A DNA stretch of 64,000 bases. Source: Cyanophora paradoxa CCMP329. Lineage: Eukaryota; Plantae; Glaucophyta. Location of the stretch: positions 1 through 64,000 of the forward strand of contig QPMI01000205.1 in assembly GCA_004431415.1 (NCBI GenBank), in the 5' to 3' direction. A program made the position numbers and the translations under genes. Shown one piece after another: positions 24,701 to 35,053 of the stretch. Position 1 is the stretch's first letter, and each line of letters starts with the position of its first letter. Under the pieces are notes generated by a model. That model saw nothing but the letters and a program-made list of their open reading frames with translations, ran no database searches and was not told where the DNA came from.

Positions 24701-27700
24701 CGGGAGGCGCTGGCGGGGCGGGGCCTCCTCACCGACGCCGACTGCCTCCTCCTCTGGGCCGCCCTCTACGGTGCCCCGCCCCCTGCGCCCCAGAGACACC
24801 CCCCCCCCGCCCCTCCGGCGAGCCGCCTGGGCGCAGGGGAGAAGCGCGCGGGGGCCCACCAGGCGGCTGCCGCCGGCGCGGGGGCGGAGCGCGGGGAGAC
24901 GGCGGCGGAGGGGAAGGCGGGGATGAACCGGCGGGGGAGCTACGCGGGGCGGCAGGGGGCGGGGCTCGTGGGCGTGGGCCTGCTCTCTGAGGTCGGGCAC
25001 GCGCTGGCGCGGCTGGTGGAGAGCCTCGCCGGCCCCCGCCGCCGCCCCGTCGCCCTCTTCTGCGAGGACCTCCACTGGGCCGACTCCGCCAGGCCCGCCC
25101 CCCCGGCCCCGCCGGCCCCGCCGGCCCCGTCCGGCCCGCCTCTGACGCCGCGCGCGCAGCTGGTTCGTGCTGCGGCTCGTGCGCGACATCGCGCCCCGCC
25201 TCCTCGTGCGCCCGGCCCGGCCCGCCCCGCCCCGCCGCACGCCGGCCCACGGGGGCGGCAGCTGGTGATCACGGCGCGGCCGATGCCGGCGCCCCCGCGC
25301 GACTACCTCATCCTCTCGGGGGGCGCCCCCTCACGGAGGACGACCGGCCCCCGAGCCCCGGGCCGGCCGCCCCCACCCAGGAGCCCGAGCCCGAGCTTGC
25401 CGCCGACGGGCCGCGCCCCTCGCGCCGCTCCCTCGGAGCGCGCCCCTCCCTCGGGGCCCGCCCCTCGCTCGCCCCGCCGGAGGGCCTCGGGGAGCGGCGC
25501 CTGTCGGCGGCCTCGGGGCGCGGGGCGGGCCTGCTGACGGAGTGGAGCGCGCCGCTGGGCCCCGCGGGGAGGGCGACGCTGGAGCCGCTGGGCGGGGCGG
25601 GGCGGGCCTGCGGGCGCTGCGGCGGGTGCCGCAGCGGGCGGTGGAGGTGGCGCTGCTGCGGCTGCAGCCGCTGCCCCGCGAGGCCGCCGCCGACCTCCTC
25701 CACGTGCCCCGCCCCCCGCCTGCACCGCCCGGCCCCTGCTGACGGGGCGGGGGCAGGGGCTCTCGGAGGAGCTGGGCGTGGCGTGGCAGGCCGGCGCCGT
25801 CGACGTTGTCCTCCGCAAGGCCGCCGGCGGTCCGCCCGCCCCGCAACCCGCCCCGCCCCCGCCCGACGCCCCCCGGCCCGCAGTGCCCCTCTACATCGTC
25901 GAGCTCTGCCACTCGGTCGCCAAGGGCGGGGGCGGCGCGGGGGCGGCGGAGGGCCCCGCCCTGCCGGACACGATCCAGCAGATCGTGCTCTCGCGCATGG
26001 ACAAGCTGGACGCGCCCGCGCGCCTCGTCGTGCAGCTCGCCGCCGTCATCGACACCGGCTTCACCCTCGACGCCCTCACCGCCGCCCACCCCGCCGGCGA
26101 CGCCTCCCGCGGCCCGCCCCCCGCCCCCTCTCCCTCCCCCCGTCCCTTGACGGCGGCCTCGGGGCGCGCAGAGGCGGTGAGGGCGGCGCTGCGGACGCTG
26201 GCGGAGCTGCGGCTCGTGCGGGCGGGGCCCGGCGTGGCGCTGCTGCCCGGGGAGGGGAAGGAGGGGGAGGGGGAGGGGGCGGGGTGGCCGCCCCCCCGCG
26301 CCCCCTTCTACTTCGCCCACGCGCTCGTCCGTGACGCCGTCCACTCCTCCCTCACCGCCGCCCAGCGGTGCCCCCGCCCCCGCCCCGGCCCCCTCGCCCA
26401 CGCCGGGGCCGAGGCGGGGCGGGCCCCGCGGCGGGCAGGCGGGAGGTGCACGGGCGCGTGGCCCTTTTCCTCGAACGCGAGGGCGACGGCGACCCCGCCC
26501 TCCTCGCGTCCGCCCCCCGGCCCCGGCCCCGCCCTCCCCCGGCCCCGCCCCGCCAGCCGAGGCCGGGGCGCGCGGATGCGCAGGCTGCACTGGCGGCTGG
26601 CGGAGGACTTCGAGCGGGCGCTGCACCACCTGGTGCGGGCGGCGCGGCGGGCGATGGAGGCGAACGCGCTGGTCGAGGCGCGCCGCCTGCTCGCCGAGGC
26701 CGTCTGCGCCGTCGACGACCTCCGCCTCGCCGGGCCCGCCACCCCGTCCGCCCCGCCCCCGCCCGCCCCCTCCCCTGCGCCGAGGTGCCGGCGGGGGCAG
26801 GCGGCTGCCGGGGCGGCTGCGGGCGTCGGCGGGGGTGCCGGACACGGCGGCGACGCTCTCGGCGGCGCTGCAGCCGCGGCCCGAGGCTTACGCCAAATAC
26901 GCCCACCTGAGAACCCTCGCGCTGCGCGACTGGGCCTACTGCGAGTACTACTCCGGCCGCCACGAGATCTGCCTCGACGCTTCCGTGCGCCCCGAGGCCC
27001 CTCGACCCTCGCCCCTGCCCCCCCCGCCCTGGAGGCGAGCAAGCGCAGATGGCGTGCGTGGCGGGGGTGCGCTGGCCGGTGCCGACGCGGGACCTCTCGC
27101 CCTTGGGCCTGCTGAAGATGGTGGGGCGCGTCCTCAAGATCGTCTCCGGCACGCCCCGCTCCGCCAAGCGGCAGCAGGCGGCCCCGGGGGAGGAGCCCCT
27201 CGCGGGGCGCGCGTACGGGGCCCCCGAGCGCCCGGCTGCCGACCTGCGCCGCGAGGAGGAGTTCGCCGCCACCGAGTGCTACGTGCGCCGCCCCGGCCCC
27301 CGCACCCGCCCCCCGCCCCGACCCCGGGGCCGACGCGGGGCCGGGGGCCGGTGCGCAGATCATCGTCGGGTGGGCGGCGTTCAAGACGACGGAGGAGGAG
27401 AAGGGGGCGCACGCGCTGGCCCTCGGCATGTCGACTGCGCTGCTGGGCATGACGGCCGCCTACTCCTGCGAGGTCGAGCACTGGAGCCACGGCCGCGGCA
27501 CCTGCTGGTTCGCGGTTTTGCTACACATTCTCGGAATGCACAAGCAGTCAGCGCGGTTCATCCAGCAGGGTCCGTTCCCGCCCCGCCCCCCGCCCCACCG
27601 CCCCTCGCCCCCAGAATCCAGGAGCCTCGAGCTCGAGCGGGAGCGAGCGGGGCGGGCTGGGGCAGCGCGGGAGATGGGGGAGCGGCTGCGGGATGAGCGG

Positions 27701-29316
27701 GTGCTCGAGGCGACGCACTCGGCGGGGGGCTACATCGACTGCTACGCCGGCCGCTTCGAGTCGGCCCTCCGCAACTTTGACACCTCCGTCGAGCGCTACC
27801 TCGGCTGGTCCAACCCCATGTTCGTGTACCCCTCCACCTACGCCGCCTTCGTCTGCGTCATCGTCGTGAGCGCCGCGTGCACCCGCCCCCCCGCGCCCCC
27901 TCCCGGCGCCGAGCCTCCTCGCGATCGCCCAGGGGCGGTTCCGGGAGGCGGAGGAGCGGGCGGCGGCGCTGGAGGAGTACCTCAAGCGCGTCGGCCTCGA
28001 CGACTACTGTGCGCCCTTCCCTCGCCCCGCCCTCCCCCGCGCTGCCCTGCGAGCGGCGCCGGCGCGCGCAGCGCGGCTCATCATGGCGATGGTCCTCGGC
28101 TTCTCCGCCATGCTCCAGGGCCGCGACGAGGTCCGCCCCGCCCGCCCCGCCCGCCCCGGCCCCAGCGCGCTCCGTTTCCGCTTTCCGCCCCGCCCCGCCC
28201 CGCGCCGACGGCGGCCGCCGCGCAGGTGGCGGGGTCGCTGCTGGCGCGCATCCGGGGGGCGTCGGAGGCGTGGTGGATCGGGACGTCGGGCACCATCCTG
28301 CGCGGCCTCTACGCCTGGCGCGCCCGCGGCGACTGGCGCGCCATGCACGAGGCCACCGCCCAGCTCCTCGCCCTCTGGCGCCGCGACTTCGACGCCTCCT
28401 CCTGGCTCCTCACCCGTCCGCCCCGCCCCGCCCCGCCCCCGGCTCCCGCGCGGCGGCCCGACCGGCAGCGGGCCCGGGGGGCGCGCAGTGACGGTGGCGG
28501 CGATGGCGGACTTTGCGCAGTGGCGCGAGGGGAGACGGCCGCCCGCCTCCGCGCCCTCGAGGTGCCCCGGCCGGCCCGCCCCCGCCCCTCCGAGGCCCCG
28601 GGGGCGCAGGAGGCGAGGGCGGGGGCCTCGCTGGGCTGCTTCGGGCCGAGGCTGCGGGGCACGCGGGTCTCGCCGCGGGGCGCGTACGGGGAGGAGGCGG
28701 AGGAGCCCGGGGCCCTGCAGCGGGCGCGGGCCGAGGCGAAGGAGGCGGCGGCCTTCGCGCGCGACGTCGTCGGCATGCTCGAGCGCACGCACAAGCGCTT
28801 CATCCCGCCCTCGGCCCCTTCGTCGCCCTCGCCCGCGCCGAGCGCCTCGCCGGCGCCCCGGTCCGCCCCGCCCAGCCTGCAGCCCGCCCGCCAGCCCTGC
28901 CCCACCGGGCGCGCTGACGGGCGCCCCTGCTGGCGGCGCAGCGGGCGAAGGCGGTGCGGGGGGCGCTGGAGGGCTTCCGGGCCTCCGGGGTGCGCCCCTA
29001 CGAGGTCCTCGCCCTTGCCCGCCTCGCCGACGCGGAGGCCGACCTCGACCCCGCCGCCGCCGCCGCCGCCCGCGCCCACGCCGAGCGCCTCGCCGCCGAC
29101 ATCGGCCTCCGCCTCCCCGCCCTCGACGCCCCCGCCTCGGGCCCAGCCCCGCGGCCGCGCCCCCGGAAACCGATACATCTCCCTCTACGTCTAGATCTGC
29201 AGCTGAGCGCTACCGGTAGCTCGCCGCCGCGACCCGCGGCGCTCCCGGGCGCCCTCGCCCGCCTCGCCCGAACCAGAATTCTGGTTTCAATTTGCGCCAG
29301 CCGGTTGCCAACCTGA
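21753..29316 (+). CDS. Soluble adenylyl cyclase (ADCY10)-like: two cyclase domains, STAND P-loop NTPase, TPR-like tail
   Basis: LFIDVGGFSAM, LNEYFELL, FYAGDA, VNKLFLDEKG, LAARLM, GEAGYGKT (Walker A), FCEDLHWADS (Walker B), LPDTIQQIVLSRMDKL, FAHALVRDAVH. Many short introns and apparent sequence errors; end approximate. Confidence 0.85.
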
Positions 29317-30495
29317 CAACGTTAACATATGCCTAATCGCCGGGCCGGGGCCCGGATGTTAGTGCTTGAAGGACTTCGGCCGGGAGCTCGATCGCGAGCG
29401 TCACGGCGTGGCCCGGCGGGGCCGGCGGGGCGGGGCGCGCGCGCGCGAGCCCGCGCCGGCCCGGCGGCCCGGCTCGAGCGCTAGCTCCCGGCGCGGCGCG
29501 CGCGCGCCAGCCTACGACCGCCGCTCCGCGCCGCGGCGCCCGAACTTCGGAACGCCGATCTGTATCGCGATCGCGAAGGCTGCGCGCGCATGCACTAACG
29601 CTAGCGCTCCACCGCCGGGCCGTTGGCTGCGCATGCGCGGCCAGGGCCAGGAGTCAGTGAGCTCGAGAGCGCGCAGCTGAGGTCCTGACTGCGTATGCGG
29701 CCCCGTACGCGTCACTCGCTGCAGCTGCAGCTGGCCATGGGCCCCGGGGCCCAGCATGCGCAGCGCCGCGGTGCTGGCAGCGCTAGCTGCAGGCCGCGGC
29801 GCATGCATATATACGCTGCATGCAGCTCTAGGCAACCGGCCGCCGGGCCAGCTGCGCATGCAGGCCAGCGCTAGCGGCTGCAGGCCCGAGCTCGAGGAGC
29901 GTTTACGTACGCGTCTGAATCTAGATCTGCACTAGCTAGCTGCGGCAGGAGTGTGCTGCCGGTTAAACTTGAAACGTTACCAGTGCGACGCTGGTGCTCA
30001 TGATCAGGCTGGCGCTGTCCGTGGTGCCATGATGGTGCGCCGGCGGCGGCCCGGCGGCCCGGCGCGCTCTCAGGAAGTCGCCTCCCTGCGGAGCCGAGCC
30101 GGGCGCTCAATGATCCCCGGGGCCGGGCCCGGTACGGTCGTAAACGGTGCTCATCGTCGGCTATTTCTGGCGGTGAGCAGTAGGGCATCGGTCCTGCCTG
30201 TGTACCCCTGACCGCCGGTCACGTGCAGTCAATCGGCGATTATTATTCTGTGTAACAGTCTGTGTAAATTTAAAAATTCGAACCAGAACGGTCAGTCTCT
30301 ATGTTAAAGAATTTTACTTTTAATCAAGTTCAGATCTATGCGCGCGCACCCCCAGTGATCGAGTGCTTGCGCGGGGCCGTAACCGTTTTTTTCGCGAGGA
30401 GTGCTCGAGTACCTGTGCGAGGAGGCCAGAGGGATCCCGCCCAGCGCCCCATCCAGTCTCACAGCCGGCCGGCCGCGATTCCAGCGACCGGCGCA

Positions 30496-33325
30496 ATGGA
30501 CAGCAAACGCGTCCTCCTCTGCGCGATCTTCCTCTGTGGACTGGCCGGACGCGCGTTCGCGGCCGGAGGTGGTGGTGGCGGCGGCTCGAGCAGCAGCGCT
30601 TCCGCAGAGACAGGTGGGTCTCGCTCTCTGGCAACGAAGGAATCTCAGTCACCTAGACCCCGCCCGCGCAAAGCCCCGCCTGCGCTTGGCGCGGCGCCAA
30701 AGTTTCCCCCCCTCGCGATCTTTCCGGGCCGCGGCTAACTCGTCTCTTTCGCGATTTACGACCTGTTTGAACATCAGTTGGTGCGTAAACGCAGTTTCGG
30801 GCGCGGTTTGAGCGGCCACCCGCGGCTACTAACTGCCGCGCGCCTCGCAGATCTCGCTCGTGTGTTCCAATGGATCGACTTCGCCTTGTGCGCGAGGCTT
30901 CTTTGTATTCATTTCCGACTGTTTCTGAAGTGCGGCGTCCTCCCCCCGCAGCATGTGTGTCGGTATCATCGGGTTCTTGGCCATTTGGTGAGTAACGTCT
31001 TCTGGCCATCGCCTCTCCTTCCTGCCCATCGTTTGCTGAACTTGCGTCGATGTTTCCCGCAGGATCTGGTGCGCTTTTACCGAACTGCCGGAGCCGGCCA
31101 GTCACTTTCGAGGTAGCACGTTCGCTGACTATGTCCCTCTCTTCATATCAGGCACGGCCATCGCGAATACGTGAGTGCTTCAGTTCCTTACTACGAGTTT
31201 TGTCTACTTTGCTGATCCCACCGCGCAGTATGTGTACGCACGATTTGCTCTGAGCCCCGCAAAGGCCGGTCTTTCGGTTTCTCACGTTGGTTTTCCTTCG
31301 TTCAAACAGATTCAACTTCCTGGTCAGTGAGCCTAAGCTCGCTTCGTGGTTTGCGGCTGAAGCCGCCCTCAGGTCGTGCTCATCGCGTCTCAAGCGTACC
31401 TGCTTATCGCACTTGGCGAGGGTTCCATTGACATCAACGGCAACCAGTGTGCTCTTTTGTTGGTTCCTAGACCCGCCGAGCCTCACGACCGCGCAGCGTG
31501 AACTGGATTCGCTACCTCGATTGGTCCATCACGACCCCCATGCTTGTCATCGATCTGATGACAATCGCCGACGCGTCGTGGTCTCGCAAAGTTCTTTTCG
31601 TGCGTGGCTTTGCGGTCACGCGGTGTTTTCGTCGCTTATGTTGCCCCGCAGTGCGTGATCGACTGGCTGATGATTGCGACCGGTTTCGCCGCGGCGCTGA
31701 TGGCGGAGCCGAACCGCTGGATCCTCTACGCTTTCTCTTGCCTGTTCGAGTTCATCCTCCTCGTCGGTCTCTACAGCTACGTGAAGCCGACCATCGAGGC
31801 GCTCCCCGACAAGAAGTCGGCCTTCCTCTTCAAGATCTCCGTCGTCGTGAGCGCCTCCGCCTCCCGCTTTTTTAAGTTCCTCGTGCCGACGACCCCTACA
31901 GATGTTCTTCGCCGCCTGGACCGTGTTCCCCATCGTGTGGGCAGTCGGGTGCGCCGCCCCCTTGGGCCGGCGCCCTGGAGCGGGCCGCGCGCTCACGCTG
32001 GAGCAGCCCCGAGGGCAAGCACCACCTGAGCCTTGCCGGTGAGGCCATCCTGCACGCGGCGGCCGACCTGGTCGCCAAGGTGCTGTTCGGCTTCATCTAC
32101 ATCAAGATCGAGGACGAGAAGCACGCGGCCGAGGTCGAGGAGGAGGCGGCACGCGAGGTCGAGATCTTCATGGACCGCACCGGCGAGCGCTACGTCAAGC
32201 TCACCGCCGGCGCCGCCATCGACGATGCCGGCACCATCAAGCTCCACCCCCACAAGCTCAACAAGAAGTGCGGCCGGCGAGGCCCTGGGGCCGTGGCGGC
32301 TGGTGCTGAGCGGGGCGGGGCGCAGGATCAAGGAGTCGCACGAGGCCAAGGACAATGTGCACAAGCACCTGCACCCTCACGAGATGCACGGCCCCGACGG
32401 GCACCACGCCCACGACTCGCACCACGGCCACCCGATGCCGACCGGCATGCAGACGCCCCGCATCCCCATGGACCCCGTGGACATCGGCCCGCACAACATG
32501 GCCGAGACCCGCGGCCACATGACGCCGTACGGAGCGAAGAGCGCGCCGATGATCGTGGACCTCACCTCGATGGGCCAGGCGCGCAACGTCGTCGTGGACC
32601 CGCACGGCCCCGGCACGCCCCGCGCGATGGCCATGAACCCCGGCCGCCTCGAGCTCCACGACGCCTCGGAGGTCCGCGTCGGCGCCGACGTCTACGTTCT
32701 CGGCCCCAGTGCGCACCCCGCCCCGCCCCGGCGAGCCCTGATTGGCCGCCGCCCCGCTCACCGCCCCGGGCAGACGGCGAGAACGAGATTTGCCGTGTGA
32801 TCGGGCGCACGCCCGACGGGCGCCGCGTGCGCGTGCGGCGGTACATGTACGCCAAGGACGTGACCCGCGGCGCGCCGCGTGACTCGAAGCTCCTCTTCCG
32901 CTCCAACGCCGTCGACCTCGTCTCCGTGCGCGACGTCATCGGCTACTGCCAGGTCGTCCACATCTCCGAGGTCGACGACCTCGACATGTACGCCTCGGTC
33001 CACGACAACTGGTACTTCAAGGACAGCTGTGCGCCGCCCCGCCCCCGCCGCCCCCGCGCCGCGCCCGACTCACCGCCCCGTCCGCGCAGTCGACGTCAAC
33101 AGCCAGCAGATCGCCCCGTGGCGCCCGGGCATGGACCAGGACGAGTTCGACGGCCCGTACGACGGCCCGAACGACGGCTTCGGCGGGCGCCCGCCCTCGC
33201 GGCCGGGCTTCCGCAACGACTTCGGCGGCAACGACTACGCCGAGCCCCGGCGCAGCTTCAGCCGCGGCCCCCAGATGGCCCCCGTCAACGGCGGCTCCAT
33301 GACCCCCCGCCGCAACTACATGTAA
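30496..33325 (+). CDS. Microbial (type 1) rhodopsin with N-terminal signal peptide, His-rich linker and C-terminal BAH-like domain
   Basis: Helix B VVLIASQAYLLIALGEG; helix C WIRYLDWSITTPMLVIDL (D-T-D); helix D DWLMIATG; helix F WTVFPIVWAVGPEG; helix G EAILHAAADLVAKVLFG with retinal Lys at 32077-32079; BAH-like exons ~32650-33115; stop TAA ending 33325. Confidence 0.9.
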
Positions 33326-33732
33326 GGGCGCATAAACTCTTCTTCCTTTGTTAGGGTTTCTTCGGGATAGGGGTGGTCCAGCGCACGTGCAGGGTTCAAA
33401 AATCGTGTGCTGTGTGTACAAGCTGTTCCTTGTGAGACAGGACGTAGTCGTAACTCCTTGATCTTATTTGAGGTTTCATCATTTTTTCATCAAGGCTGAT
33501 TTATACATATACCTAAGCGTCTCCGGAGATTATGAGGCCAGGATGGCTACAAACTCCTGTCGATTCTCAGTTGTTACTTTGAGCTCTTCGGGCATCGTCC
33601 CGCTTGCCTCAAGTTGTCCATTTTTATGTGCAGTAAGTAGCGTTTTCGCCCCTCTCGTGTCAGCCGACGCGCAATATAATCGAATAGACTAGTATTTTGC
33701 AATCCCTGGTGGGGCCGCATGCGCTCAGTGCA

Positions 33733-33738
33733 CACCTA
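33733..33738 (+). repeat. Left target-site duplication CACCTA
   Basis: Identical hexamer flanks the element at 44950-44955. Confidence 0.9.
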
Positions 33739-33981
33739 AAAAAATGAGAGTACCCCCATCAGGGTGGGCCCGCCCTCTTTGCCACCCTCAACCCCCAAAC
33801 CCACCCCTCACTCACCCACTCCAGCGCCTTCCCAGCCCTCATTCTTTCCCACTCTCTCGCTACGTCTACCGCCCTTCTCTCCCTCTGGTCTACCTCCCCT
33901 TCCATCCAGCAACCGCTAGGTAGTATCTGGTGTCTAGGTCGATCGATAATGCAAAACGATATAGCAGTGAATTGAGGCGGG
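33739..33981 (+). repeat. Left terminal inverted repeat (~243 bp; similarity extends to ~34008 beyond a ~30-bp indel)
   Basis: AAAAAATGAGAGTACCCCCATCAGGG... is the reverse complement of 44707-44949, with about three inner mismatches. Confidence 0.93.
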
Positions 33982-34052
33982 CCCCCAAACGCGCCGGTCT
34001 GTGAATCAGCGATCTGACACCTATGAGTGAGGTTGCCTAGAAGCTTGGAGAT

Positions 34053-34463
34053 CTTGGACGTGAACTTTTGTCCAAAGTCACTAGGCGACCTTGGACGTGA
34101 ACTTTTGTCCAAAGTCACGAACTCCAAAACGCCACCCAAGTAAACTAGCAATTCGTGCAGGCGTCTCCTATAGTGCAAACGAGGCTATACTAGAGGTCGG
34201 ATCGTGCAAAACATGCGTTGGGATGTGCCAGCAGGGTTGAGGATCTTGGACGTGAACTTTTGTCCAAAGTCACGAACTCCAGAACGACACCCAAGTCAGC
34301 TAGCAACTCGTGCAGACGTCTCCAATAGTGCAAACGAGGCTATACTAGAGGTTGGATTGTGCAAAACATGCGTTGGGATGTGCCAGCAGGGTTGAGGATC
34401 TTGGACGTGAACTTTTGTCCAAAGTCGCTTAGCGACCTCTGGACGTGAACATTTGTCCAAAGT
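34053..34463 (+). repeat. Subterminal array: five copies of TTGGACGTGAACTTTTGTCCAAAGT (fifth slightly variant), two embedded in a 155-bp tandem duplication
   Basis: Cores start ~34053, 34090, 34245, 34400, 34439; 155-bp units 34090-34244 and 34245-34399. Confidence 0.9.
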
Positions 34464-34494
34464 ACTTGTGGACATGCCTCGAAGTTTTTTAAAA

Positions 34495-34850
34495 AATAGA
34501 TATAACCTATGGGCATTGCCCAGAAGTATTAAAAGAATAGATATTACCTATAGGCATTGCCCAGAAGTATTAAAAGAATAGATATCACCTATGGGCATTG
34601 CCCAGAAGTATTAAAAGAATAGATATTACCTTTGGGCATTGCCCAGAGCGCCGGACCGCCGGGGCATACATGGTGAACTGTATAGGCGCCCGTCTGCGCC
34701 GCCACTACCCTTGTCTGGTTGGTTCACTGTCGATTGTGCTTCGGGCCTTCGGGTCCTTCGCCTTTCGTCATAACCGTACAGCCGGCTTGGGCGTGTCTTA
34801 TACATACTCTTCTTCTAATAGATATTACCTTTGGGCATTGCCCAGAAGTT
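34495..34850 (+). repeat. 41-bp tandem repeat (x4, plus a fifth copy at ~34817) with TGGGCATTGCCCA near-palindrome
   Basis: AATAGATATTACCTATGGGCATTGCCCAGAAGTATTAAAAG units start 34495, 34536, 34577, 34618. Confidence 0.9.
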
Positions 34851-34880
34851 ACTTAATATATATTAATACTTCTGGACATT

Positions 34881-34999
34881 GCCAGCATAGAAGTTTAGAA
34901 ACTAATATTTCACTTTTATGCCAGCATAGAAGTTTAGAAACTAATACTTCACTTTTATGCCAGCATAGAAGTTTAGAAACTAATACTTCACTTTTATGC
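34881..34999 (+). repeat. 39-bp AT-rich tandem repeat x3
   Basis: GCCAGCATAGAAGTTTAGAAACTAATACTTCACTTTTAT repeated three times. Confidence 0.9.
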
Positions 35000-35053
35000 T
35001 AGCTTACTGTAATTCGACCATTTTTCGGGTAAGACTTTCTCTGCGCCACTCGG

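Noticed and set aside
1-29316. Apparent frameshifts suggesting that GCN2, the cyclases and other host genes are pseudogenes
   Set aside because: They concentrate in G/C runs of otherwise well-conserved genes, consistent with sequencing error or unrecognised short introns.
33759-34395. ORFs within the TIR and repeat region (33759-34178, 34204-34395, and 34598-35002 nearby)
   Set aside because: They arise from repeats, mostly use non-ATG starts and have no recognisable motifs.
34053-34850. CRISPR-like array (palindromic repeats with intervening sequence)
   Set aside because: The intervening sequences are near-identical duplicates or absent rather than unique spacers of uniform length; there are no cas genes and the context is a eukaryotic virus.
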